39,901 nt of DNA. It comes from a virus. The stretch is taken from the IMG/VR virus record IMGVR_UViG_3300040801_002123, positions 1-39,901 of that record. One strand, written 5' to 3'. Both the position numbers and the translations under genes were made by a program. The notes below the pieces were generated by a model. It did not search any database and had not been told where the DNA came from. It was given only the letters and a program-made list of their open reading frames with translations. This document shows positions 23,874 to 31,852 of this stretch, piece by piece. Numbering within the stretch: position 1 is the stretch's first letter; the number at the start of each line of letters is the position of its first letter.

Positions 23874-24526
23874 TCACTTGCCGGGTTTACCGCTGCCCGC
23901 CCCACCGAGCAGCACACGCGCCAGCGCCTCGATCTGCTCGGCCCGCTCCTGCTGCGCCTGGCGCAGGGCCGCGCGGTGGTAGAGCCCGAGCTGGCGCCCC
24001 GTGTAGTGGGGCAGGCGCTCGGGGTCGTGCCCCGCCGCGATCAGTCGGGCGAAGGCCGCGGCGGGGCCGACTTGTTCGCGTGCTTGACCAGCTCCGAGCG
24101 CATGCGCCCCGCCTGCCGCGCCACCAGTCGCCGCACGAAAAAATCCGAGTTCACCGCCCAGAAGGTCATCAGCACGGCCTGCCCGTCCGCATCGCCGAGC
24201 GCCGCCAGCCACTCGGTGGAGCGCCCCGTGCTCATGGCCAGCAGCTCCAGCAGCACGTCCTCATGCCCGGCGAACACGGCGCCGAGGTCGGCAAGGCCCA
24301 GGCCCTCATCCTCCCCGGCGTCTTCGGCCCCGAGCTCGCGCTCGAAGAGCTGCGCCAGGTCCTCGAGCAGCGGCCCCGCGCGCCGCGCGGCCTTGAGGCC
24401 CTGCAGGAAGGTCAGCTCCTTGACCTGCACCCGCTCGCCGCTCGCGAGCTCCGCCTCGCGATCCGGCAGCAGGATCTCCAGCTCCTCGGCGTAGTCCTCC
24501 GGGGCGGCCTCTCGTGCCTCACTCAT
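23874..24526 (-). CDS. Tail assembly chaperone G-T fusion, made by a -1 frameshift at 24143-24137.
   Basis: After the slip the reading frame continues as FFRAATGG...FARLIAAGHDPERLPHYTGRQLGLYHRAAL..., which is the 23874..24212 ORF. I checked the frame arithmetic. Confidence 0.7.
24041..24526 (-). CDS. Tail assembly chaperone (gpG analogue).
   Basis: 161 aa between the major tail and tape measure genes. Contains the slippery site. Confidence 0.75.
   Translation of the reverse strand: MSEAREAAPEDYAEELEILLPDREAELASGERVQVKELTFLQGLKAARRAGPLLEDLAQLFERELGAEDAGEDEGLGLADLGAVFAGHEDVLLELLAMSTGRSTEWLAALGDADGQAVLMTFWAVNSDFFVRRLVARQAGRMRSELVKHANKSAPPRPSPD
24137..24143 (-). promoter_or_regulatory. Programmed -1 frameshift heptamer T_TTT_TTC.
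   Basis: The minus strand reads GAT TTT TTC GTG in the G frame. Confidence 0.7.
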
Positions 24527-24530
24527 GCGC

Positions 24531-25286
24531 CTAGTCCTCCGTCACCCAGGCGAAGAATTGATCCCCCGCCGGGCGCAGGGTGTCCAGCTCCACGAGCCCG
24601 GAAATGGTCGCGCTCGCCGCCTCCTCGCTGATGAGGTCATGCACGCCCGGGTCCAGCTTGGCCTTGTAGATCTCCACGCGGGTCTGCTTGTCGTTGTCCG
24701 CCGAGTTCTTGCCGGCGAACACCAGATAGCGCTCCGCGTTGCTCGGGTTGGCCGTCACTCGGTGCTGGTCCGCGTGCGTGTAGTCGACCAGCACGGCCTG
24801 CCCCTCGGTGATCGCCCCGCCCGTGAGGAATTCGATCAGCCCCTCCTCGGCGTGCAGGATGTAGTCATTCCCTACGCCCTCGGCGTAGGTCGTCACGCCG
24901 GCGTCGTCGGTCACCGTGACCGCGCTCACCTGGGTATGGGCGAGCGGGCTCATGCGCCCGAGCCGGGCCACGTGCGGCTCATCGCTCACCGTCGCCGAGG
25001 CCAGCGCGGTGGCCGTGCCCTGCAGGGCCTGCGCCAGGTGCTCGGGCTTGATCGAGCGCATGCCGATCTGCAGATTGAAGCTCGCCCGGGTCAGCCAGGA
25101 GGAACCCACACCGCGCGAGCCCGAGACGTTCTCGATCACCTCGCCGCGCTGCACATTCGCCTCCAGCGAGACGCTCTCCAGGTCGCCGACGAAGATCAGC
25201 CCCTCGGGGCCGCCGCCGGCGCCGCGAGTCCCGATCAGCAGCGCGCCCTGGCCGCGGAAGTACTTGCTGTCAAATTGCTCTGCCAT
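24531..25286 (-). CDS. Major tail (tube) protein.
   Basis: 251 aa immediately upstream of the chaperone pair. Beta-rich composition. Assignment is by position. Confidence 0.7.
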   Translation of the reverse strand: MAEQFDSKYFRGQGALLIGTRGAGGGPEGLIFVGDLESVSLEANVQRGEVIENVSGSRGVGSSWLTRASFNLQIGMRSIKPEHLAQALQGTATALASATVSDEPHVARLGRMSPLAHTQVSAVTVTDDAGVTTYAEGVGNDYILHAEEGLIEFLTGGAITEGQAVLVDYTHADQHRVTANPSNAERYLVFAGKNSADNDKQTRVEIYKAKLDPGVHDLISEEAASATISGLVELDTLRPAGDQFFAWVTED

Positions 25287-25301
25287 CGTTCAGTCCTCGC
25301 T

Positions 25302-25757
25302 CTAGTAAGTGGTCTGTGCCGGCGGCCCGGCATCCAGATACGCCACCACCCAGCCATAGGGGTGCTCCTGCTGGCGTGAGTGCTGCACGCTGTCCAGCTG
25401 CAGCTCCAGGCCCGCCACCGGGCTGGCCTGCACAAAGGCCTTGATCTCCTCGATCAGCGCGGTCTCGGCGCGCTCCGTCGCCACCGGCTCGGCATGCTCA
25501 TCCACCTGCAGGTGGCCGATCAGCAGCATGCGCTGGGTGCCCTCGCGGGCCGCGCCGCCGAGGCCGCCGCGGTAGTCGCCCTCGCCGGCGCTCACCAGCA
25601 CCACCACGCCCCGGCGCAGGTCCTCGCGGCGGTGGTCCGTGTAGTGGCGTTGGAAGCTGCGCTTGACGGCCCGCGTCGGCAGCGCGGCGCGCAGGGCCGC
25701 CTCCACCGCGTCCATGCGCGCGTCCATGCGCTCGATCACCGGCGGGCCAATCGCCAT
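25302..25757 (-). CDS. Tail terminator / tail completion protein (by position).
   Basis: 151 aa between the gp10-like and major tail genes. Confidence 0.45.
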   Translation of the reverse strand: MAIGPPVIERMDARMDAVEAALRAALPTRAVKRSFQRHYTDHRREDLRRGVVVLVSAGEGDYRGGLGGAAREGTQRMLLIGHLQVDEHAEPVATERAETALIEEIKAFVQASPVAGLELQLDSVQHSRQQEHPYGWVVAYLDAGPPAQTTY

Positions 25758-25759
25758 CG

Positions 25760-26257
25760 CTAGGTCCTCATGGCCCGACTGATCGCCTTATCGATCAGCC
25801 GCTCCGCGCGCGGGCGCAGTGCGTCGAAGGCCGGCTCCATGAAGGGCTGCGCCGGCGTGCCGCGCTGGGCGATGGAGCGCGCGATCACGAAGGCCAGGCC
25901 CTCCTGGTCCATGTCGGGGTCACGGGGATGCACCTGCGCCACCCGCACCCAGTCATAGATCGCGTCCACGGGTGGCATGCGCTCGCTCGCCAACCCCATC
26001 GGCCCATGCGTGCCCGTGCCCGTCTCCACCATGCGCGCGTAGTCCGCGCCGGCCGACACCACACCTTCCAGCGCTGAGGGCCGGGAGGGCCTGATCGAGT
26101 TCGTGAGCGTGCTGGCGGCCTTCGGCGCCCGGCGCCGGGCCTCGCGGGCCATCTCCTGCACGATGCGATCGATGGTCCGGTCCAGCTCGCGCGTGAGTCG
26201 CTTGGGCGAGGCCCGCAGGGCCGCCTCCAGGCGCTCGGAGTGGACGGTGAGCTCCAT
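25760..26257 (-). CDS. HK97 gp10-family head-tail joining protein.
   Basis: 165 aa from ATG 26257: LTRELDRTIDRIVQEMAREARRRAPKAASTLTNSI...ADYARMVETGTG...AQPFMEPAF. The upstream 212 codons of the listed ORF were rejected. Confidence 0.6.
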   Translation of the reverse strand: MELTVHSERLEAALRASPKRLTRELDRTIDRIVQEMAREARRRAPKAASTLTNSIRPSRPSALEGVVSAGADYARMVETGTGTHGPMGLASERMPPVDAIYDWVRVAQVHPRDPDMDQEGLAFVIARSIAQRGTPAQPFMEPAFDALRPRAERLIDKAISRAMRT

Positions 26258-26262
26258 GCGCG

Positions 26263-26880
26263 TCACCGCAGCCGCTCCCTGTAGCGGCGCAGCAGCTGCT
26301 CGCTCAGCGCCGCCGCCGTACCGTTGCGCGGCATGGAGCCGAAGCCGTCGCCGAGCCGCACCGGCTTGTTCGCCTGGTTGAGCGCGATCTCCTGCAGGCC
26401 CTCGGCGGCCGCGCGCAGCAGCAGCAGATCCCGGTCCGAGGCGCGCACCGTGGTGGCGGCCGCCTGCTCGCCAATCGCATAGCTCGCCGCGTACTGGTAG
26501 GGGCAGACCGCGCCCAGCAGGCCGATCTGCTTCGCGCTCGGCGCGGGCGTGAGGATCAGCTCCAGCCCCGCCAGCCCCTGCGCCGTAGCCACCCGCGGTA
26601 GCCGGCCGGGGTGGTGCGGGTCCCAGGGCTGGGCGGCGCAGTCCGCGCCCCAGAGCAGCCGATGGAAGTGCACGAAGTCCGCCGGCGCCGAGTAGTTCGA
26701 CTGGTCGGCCACCAGGCTGAGCTCGGCCCGGCGCAGCCGCGGGCGCGTGCGGGCGAGGTCCAGCAGCGCCGCATCCAGGTGCCGGGTGAGGGCCTCCTCG
26801 GGCTCCTCGAAGCTCGAGAGCGCGTCCTGTAGCAGGCCCTGCAGGGAGAGGATCAGGTCCGCGCGCGCCATCCCGCTCAT
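26263..26880 (-). CDS. Head-tail adaptor/connector candidate (by position).
   Basis: 205-aa ORF with coding-like composition in the head-completion block. Confidence 0.4.
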   Translation of the reverse strand: MSGMARADLILSLQGLLQDALSSFEEPEEALTRHLDAALLDLARTRPRLRRAELSLVADQSNYSAPADFVHFHRLLWGADCAAQPWDPHHPGRLPRVATAQGLAGLELILTPAPSAKQIGLLGAVCPYQYAASYAIGEQAAATTVRASDRDLLLLRAAAEGLQEIALNQANKPVRLGDGFGSMPRNGTAAALSEQLLRRYRERLR

Positions 26881-27269
26881 GGCTCACCCCCACCGAGTGC
26901 CCGAGCGAGCACGAACGCGAGCGGCACCGAGAGCAGCGCGCCGATCACCGCGCGCAGCAGCCACTCCTGGCCCCGCGAGTGGATCCGCGCCGAGGTGTGG
27001 GAACGGTCGTTGTCACGCTCGACCGCGCGCAGGCGCTTGTTGACCTCCTCGAGGTCAGAGCGGTTACGGGCTACCAGGGCATTGATCTGCTCCTGCATAC
27101 CCGCCGATATCTTCTCGTGGTGCTCGATCCAGGCCTTGAACTCCACCAGCGCCGAGAGCGCGTGCTGCACCTCGCGCAGGTCCGTGTGCATCTGCCCCAG
27201 GCGCGACTCCAGCGACTCGCGCAGGGCGTTCAGCTCCACCTTCAGCGTATCGATCGACTCCGGGCTCAT
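26877..27269 (-). CDS. Coiled-coil protein with a C-terminal transmembrane anchor (XhlA-like architecture).
   Basis: 130 aa from ATG 27269 (ATGA overlap). Heptad-rich LKVELNALRESLESRLGQMHTDLREVQ... followed by WLLRAVIGALLSVPLAFVLARAL. Confidence 0.55.
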   Translation of the reverse strand: MSPESIDTLKVELNALRESLESRLGQMHTDLREVQHALSALVEFKAWIEHHEKISAGMQEQINALVARNRSDLEEVNKRLRAVERDNDRSHTSARIHSRGQEWLLRAVIGALLSVPLAFVLARALGGGEP

Positions 27270-27535
27270 GGCGTCTTCCCATGCCGCGAGAAGGTCTCCA
27301 CGCTGCGCCCGGTGATCCACCACATCGCCGGGGCGAACAGCGCGCCGGCCAGCTCCCAGTCGGCGCTCATCACCACCGAGCTGCCCACGGCCTGGGCCAA
27401 GACCCCGCCGATCTCCATGCCCAGCACGTAGGCCGTGCCCGCCTTCAGCGACTGGCGCGCCATCCAGGGGCGCGTCTGCCTCACCTCGGTGGACTCGCCC
27501 TCCAGGACCTCGAGCTCGAGCGGGCGCGCGTCCAT
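27266..27535 (-). CDS. Small membrane protein with two predicted TM helices (holin-like).
   Basis: AGTAYVLGMEIGGVLAQAVG and WELAGALFAPAMWWITG. Confidence 0.5.
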   Translation of the reverse strand: MDARPLELEVLEGESTEVRQTRPWMARQSLKAGTAYVLGMEIGGVLAQAVGSSVVMSADWELAGALFAPAMWWITGRSVETFSRHGKTP

Positions 27536-27537
27536 CG

Positions 27538-28023
27538 CTAGCCGGCGCCAGCCTCTCGGCGGGCCTGCTCGGCCTCGATCGCCGCCAGGTGCGCCGGGCT
27601 ACCCTCGTGCAGGCTGATCTGGGCCTCGAGCTCGGCGGCATCCATGTCCGCGATCATGGCCGCGAAGGCATCCATATCCGGGTCGCTGGTGGTGTCATCA
27701 GCGGCGCGGCGCAGGCGCTCCTCCTCAAAGGCCTCCAGCAGGGTCTTGCGCGGGCGTTCGTCGGCCTGCTCGGCGGCCTCCAGCAGGGAGAGCTCGCGGT
27801 CCGAGAGCTGCCCCAGCATCGCCTCGATCTCGGGCACGTTGTGCTCGAGGATGTCCCGCACGGCCTGCCGCTCGGCCGCGTCGGGCGTCGGCGCCTCGGG
27901 CGCCGCCGGGCTGTAGTCGGGGTGATCGATCTCCGCGACCTCCCGGGTCTCGCCCGGGCGGATCATCTTGCCGCCCAGGTGCTTCACGTGTTCGCTGTTG
28001 TTCGTATAGAAGATGGTCTTCAT
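27538..28023 (-). CDS. Hypothetical acidic protein (161 aa) downstream of the capsid gene.
   Basis: GGAGG upstream of ATG 28023. Coding-like composition. Confidence 0.6.
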   Translation of the reverse strand: MKTIFYTNNSEHVKHLGGKMIRPGETREVAEIDHPDYSPAAPEAPTPDAAERQAVRDILEHNVPEIEAMLGQLSDRELSLLEAAEQADERPRKTLLEAFEEERLRRAADDTTSDPDMDAFAAMIADMDAAELEAQISLHEGSPAHLAAIEAEQARREAGAG

Positions 28024-28047
28024 GGCTCAGCCTCCGCTCAGAATGAG

Positions 28048-28072
28048 GCCGCCCCGGGGAGCCCGGGGCGGC
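28048..28072 (-). terminator. Strong GC hairpin (11-bp stem) just after the capsid gene. Candidate attenuator or RNA stabiliser.
   Basis: GCCGCCCCGGG-loop-CCCGGGGCGGC. The minus strand follows with CTCATTCTGAGC. Confidence 0.45.
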
Positions 28073-28091
28073 ACGTCAGGCGCGGGCCGGG

Positions 28092-30653
28092 CTAGCGCCC
28101 GCTCGCCGAGTAGGCGATCACCGAGGTGAGGCGGCCGCGGATCGGGCTCGGCACCTTGATCGCCGAATACTCCTCGCCATAGGCCTGCTTCTGCCCGGTG
28201 GGCTTGCCGGCGGCGTTGACCGCCTCGAAGGGCTCGCCGGTGGTGAAGGGCTTGGCCAACACATAGCTGAGCGTTCCGCGCTGGCCCATCAGGATGCGCT
28301 CGTCGCCGAGGTCCACCGCCGGGGCGTTGGTCTTCCACGCCGACACACCCTTGAGGGCCGTGAGGTCCCCCATGGCGTCCGTATCCGAGCCGTCGCGCTT
28401 CTGGCTGGCCGCGAACGCCTCGGCGTTGGTGGCCGTATCGTTCAGCACCGGGCTCATGAGCAGGAAGTCCGGCTCCACGTAGCGGTCCGCACTCATCACG
28501 GCCTTGCGCGCGCCCACGGCGCGCAGCAGGCCGTTCAGGTGCACCTCCAGGGCGGTGTTGGCCGGCAGGTCCAGATCGAACTTCGCGACGTTGGTCGCGT
28601 AGTGATAGGAAATATCGTCCGCGCCCACGCTCGAGGAGGGCGTCACCGGCGCGCCGAGCTGATTGACGAACTGGATCTGGCCGAGGTTGTAGCTCACCAC
28701 CCGGTAGTAGGTCCCGACCGACTGGGTACCGCTGCCGTCATAGGCCTCGATCTCCGCCCCGTTCAGCCGCACCGTGAGTGGGTGCTCCACACTGCCCACC
28801 GTGTTGCCCTGGATGTCGTACTGCTGATGAGGGCGCACGATCGGGAACTCCGCCGTGCGCACGATGCTGGCCGACCCGGTGAGCTGCGCGGCCAGGTCCT
28901 CGTTCGTGACCGCGGCCGCACCGTAGGCATCCGCCGAGCGCTGCAGCTCGTTACAGACCCGCCGGGTGATCAGCTCGCGCAGCACGCGGGCATTGCTCTC
29001 CACGTTGCGGGCGTAGGCGTCCCAGTTGATCGAGCTCGAGCGCGAGAAGTGCATCACCTCGTTGCTGATCAGGAAGCCGAGCTTCATCGGCAGGATGTAG
29101 GCGTAATCCATCGCCTGAGCGACGCTCGCCCGGTGGATCGCGCCGGTCTCGTAGACCACGCCGTCGTTGGCGACGTCGGTGGTATCGCGCTGCTCGTAGG
29201 GGATGCCGGTGGTGATCTGTGCGCTCGGGTCGGTCAGGGCCTGCACCAACGCCAGCACGTTCAGGTCCGAGAGGGCCTCGCGAATCACCGTGCGCTGGAA
29301 GGCCGAGGGCAGCGCCGTGTCGGACACTCCGGTGGTGCCGCCGGCCAGCATCTTGTGCTCGGCATGCAGGCGCGTGGCGTGCACACGGTCGAACTCGGCG
29401 AGCACACGCTCCACGAACGGCTGCGGCTTCTCACTCAGGCGCAGGGCGCCCATGGCGTGGCGCGTGGTGCCGCGCAGGTTCTTGAGGATCTCCTCCTGCA
29501 GCGACATCACCTCATTGCTGGCGCCGACCTGGATCCGCGGCGAGCCGGCGGGCTGGTAGCCCATCGCCGCCAGTTGGCGCGCGGCCTCCATCTCGCCGCC
29601 GAGTTGGATCTGATGCTCGGCCAGGCGCGTGACCTGCTCGGGGCTCATCTCGGCGGTGATCAGGTCCTCCGCCTCGCTCAGGCGCTTGCGGGTCTCATCG
29701 GCCAGGCCCTCGGCCTTCTCGATGAGGCCACGGAAGGTCGCGAGGTTGGCCTCGCGGCTCTCCGCGAGCTGCTTGGCGGCCGCGGCCTTGGTGGACTCGG
29801 CCTCGGCCAGGATCTTGAGCACGTCGTCACGCGACACGCCGGCGGCCTGCGAGAGCTGCACCGAGATCTCGCCGGCGGCGGGGCCCTGAGCGCTCGCCTC
29901 GGCGAGCTGCTTACCCACGCCCTCGAACTCGGCCACCAGCGCCTCCAGGGCCTGCGTGTTGTCCTCGCCCAGCGCCTTGGCGCTCTGCTCATAGGTCTTG
30001 AGCAGCTGATCAATCGCCGGCTGCGAGAGCTTCAGGGCCTGCAATCGGGTGAGCAGCATCTTGATGTACTGAGTCATGGTGTGAGTTGCCTCTGCTGAAA
30101 GTTCACGGGTGAGCTCGGGGTGCATCAACACGCGCACGCCATCGGGCGCCTCCACCGCGAGCTGCACGGGATCCAGGCGCTTGATCACCGGGCGGATGGT
30201 CAGCCCGGCGCCGAACAGCACCGCGCCGTGGGCGCGCCGCTCCTCGTTGTCCTGGTAGTTCTCGTGGAACTCGGCGGAGAGATACCGATAGCCGCGGCGC
30301 TTGATCGCCTCGAGCCCGTAGTCCGTCCACTCGACGCGCGCGCGCAGGCGCTCGCCTTCCACGCTGAGCGAGAGGATCTTGCCGGCGGCGCCGTCGCCCG
30401 GACGGTGCGCCACGTCGATGAAGATCTCCTGCCCGTAGGTCCCGCGCTGGAAGTTGTCCACCATCTGCAGGAGCAGGTCCCGCGAGATCTCGAACTCGCC
30501 ATAGCGCGGATCGTAGAACCGCCCGGTGCGTGTGAGCGTGACGGTGCTGGTGCGCTTGCCTTCCTCCAGAGTCACATGGAGGCCGGTCAGGAATCGCACT
30601 GACCCGTGGTCACCAGCTGCTTCAAATCGAAAGATTCGCGGTGTCTGCCGCAT
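28092..30653 (-). CDS. Prohead protease (Mu gpI-like) - scaffold - major capsid protein fusion.
   Basis: 853 aa. The N-terminus (RTGRFYDPRYGEFEISRDLLLQMVDNFQRGTYGQEIFIDVAHRPGDGAAGKILSLSVEGERLRARVEWTDYGLEAIKRRGYRYLSAEFHENY) matches the Mu-like prophage I protease family as I remember it. The middle is an Ala/Glu/Leu-rich coiled coil. The C-terminal 370 aa or so are capsid-like. Confidence 0.7.
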   Translation of the reverse strand: MRQTPRIFRFEAAGDHGSVRFLTGLHVTLEEGKRTSTVTLTRTGRFYDPRYGEFEISRDLLLQMVDNFQRGTYGQEIFIDVAHRPGDGAAGKILSLSVEGERLRARVEWTDYGLEAIKRRGYRYLSAEFHENYQDNEERRAHGAVLFGAGLTIRPVIKRLDPVQLAVEAPDGVRVLMHPELTRELSAEATHTMTQYIKMLLTRLQALKLSQPAIDQLLKTYEQSAKALGEDNTQALEALVAEFEGVGKQLAEASAQGPAAGEISVQLSQAAGVSRDDVLKILAEAESTKAAAAKQLAESREANLATFRGLIEKAEGLADETRKRLSEAEDLITAEMSPEQVTRLAEHQIQLGGEMEAARQLAAMGYQPAGSPRIQVGASNEVMSLQEEILKNLRGTTRHAMGALRLSEKPQPFVERVLAEFDRVHATRLHAEHKMLAGGTTGVSDTALPSAFQRTVIREALSDLNVLALVQALTDPSAQITTGIPYEQRDTTDVANDGVVYETGAIHRASVAQAMDYAYILPMKLGFLISNEVMHFSRSSSINWDAYARNVESNARVLRELITRRVCNELQRSADAYGAAAVTNEDLAAQLTGSASIVRTAEFPIVRPHQQYDIQGNTVGSVEHPLTVRLNGAEIEAYDGSGTQSVGTYYRVVSYNLGQIQFVNQLGAPVTPSSSVGADDISYHYATNVAKFDLDLPANTALEVHLNGLLRAVGARKAVMSADRYVEPDFLLMSPVLNDTATNAEAFAASQKRDGSDTDAMGDLTALKGVSAWKTNAPAVDLGDERILMGQRGTLSYVLAKPFTTGEPFEAVNAAGKPTGQKQAYGEEYSAIKVPSPIRGRLTSVIAYSASGR

Positions 30654-30668
30654 CAGGTCCTCTAACGC

Positions 30669-30702
30669 AAAAGCCGGCGTACCGCTTGCGCGGCTGCCGG
30701 CT
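30669..30702 (-). terminator. Rho-independent terminator (minus strand): AGCCGGC...GCCGGCT stem followed by TTTT.
   Basis: Read directly between gene 30783..31064 and the capsid fusion gene. Confidence 0.6.
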
Positions 30703-30782
30703 TCGTCGCCTTCTCTTGAGCCCGCGATCAGGCTAGGCGGGTGGTCAAGCCATGTGCAGGGCCACGCTCGGCCCAGGGCGGC

Positions 30783-31064
30783 TCACACCCGCTTGCGCAC
30801 CCCGAGCACGCGGCGCGTGCGCCGAGCCGTGCGGGCCTGGATCGTGGTGACCACCGCGGTCACGTCATAGACCTCACCCTCCACCGCGCCGCTCACCCAG
30901 GCGACGACATCGGCCCCGTCCACGGCTGAGTCCACCAGCGTGAGCCCCGCCGGCACCTCCACCGCGTGCGACTGGATCGAGTCGCCGCTCGCCATCCAGG
31001 CGCCGAACTCGAAGCGGTAGTCCAGGACCTCACCCGGCCCCAGGCGCCAGGCGTTCGCGCTCAT
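30783..31064 (-). CDS. Hypothetical small beta-rich virion-associated protein (93 aa).
   Basis: ORF with coding-like composition. ATGA-type coupling to the upstream gene. Confidence 0.55.
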   Translation of the reverse strand: MSANAWRLGPGEVLDYRFEFGAWMASGDSIQSHAVEVPAGLTLVDSAVDGADVVAWVSGAVEGEVYDVTAVVTTIQARTARRTRRVLGVRKRV

Positions 31065-31615
31065 ACCGGATCGCCGATCTCATGGTCCCAGGTCGGGAAG
31101 GTGACCGTCCCCCCGGCCGTGAGCGCCTGCGGGGTGCAGGTCGTCACATCCAGCAGCCGGCGCTGCGCGTCGTCGACCAGGGCCACGTGGTCCGCCGTGC
31201 CGCTGGTGTGGATGGCCACGTCCGCCTTCTGCGCCACGGCATGCTTGCGCCCGTCCACGTCACCATTGGCCTGGGTGAAGTCCGCGGGCAGCATCGCCGC
31301 GGCCGCCGTCAGTGCGTAGTTCGCGCGGCAGGTCCAGACCACCGAGCCATCCGCCACGGTCTGCCCGGGCGTGGTCGGCCAAGTCGGCTCCGCGCCGCCG
31401 GCCGTGCCGGCGGTGGTGGCCTCGTAGACGAAACCGTTACGGGTCACCGGGCGCACCGGCGCGCCCTGGGCGTAGGCCTGCGAGCCCTGCCAGGCCGCAG
31501 GGTCCACCGCCTCATAGTAGGTCGCCGGCTGCTGGCTGCACGCCATCTGCTTGTCCGCCTCGGCGATCAGGTCCAGCGCCGCATTCATCACCAGGTCATT
31601 GGTCCATTTCGCCAT
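31061..31615 (-). CDS. Hypothetical structural protein (184 aa) with a fibre-like motif.
   Basis: Contains GAPVRPVTRNGFVYEATTAGTAGGAEPTWPTTPGQTVADGSVVW, a motif I associate with phage fibre / carbohydrate-binding modules. Confidence 0.5.
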   Translation of the reverse strand: MAKWTNDLVMNAALDLIAEADKQMACSQQPATYYEAVDPAAWQGSQAYAQGAPVRPVTRNGFVYEATTAGTAGGAEPTWPTTPGQTVADGSVVWTCRANYALTAAAAMLPADFTQANGDVDGRKHAVAQKADVAIHTSGTADHVALVDDAQRRLLDVTTCTPQALTAGGTVTFPTWDHEIGDPV

Positions 31616-31616
31616 G

Positions 31617-31838
31617 TCAGGCCTCCTCGATCGGCTGGGTCTGGGTCAGCGTGCGCACGTCCAGCCGCACGCCTTGGGTGTCGCGCGCACCAGTTGGGAT
31701 GTCGCCGCTCACGTCGCGAGCCCAGCCCGCGCCGCAGTAGTAGGCCGCGTCGACCTCCGAGACCACGCGGACCTCGCCCGCCCGATAAAGCTCCCCGCCA
31801 TCGCGGAACAGCTCCAGCACCTCGATCTGCTTACTCAT
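31617..31838 (-). CDS. Hypothetical protein (73 aa).
   Basis: ORF with coding-like composition and tight spacing. Confidence 0.5.
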   Translation of the reverse strand: MSKQIEVLELFRDGGELYRAGEVRVVSEVDAAYYCGAGWARDVSGDIPTGARDTQGVRLDVRTLTQTQPIEEA

Positions 31839-31852
31839 AGCTACCTCTCAGG

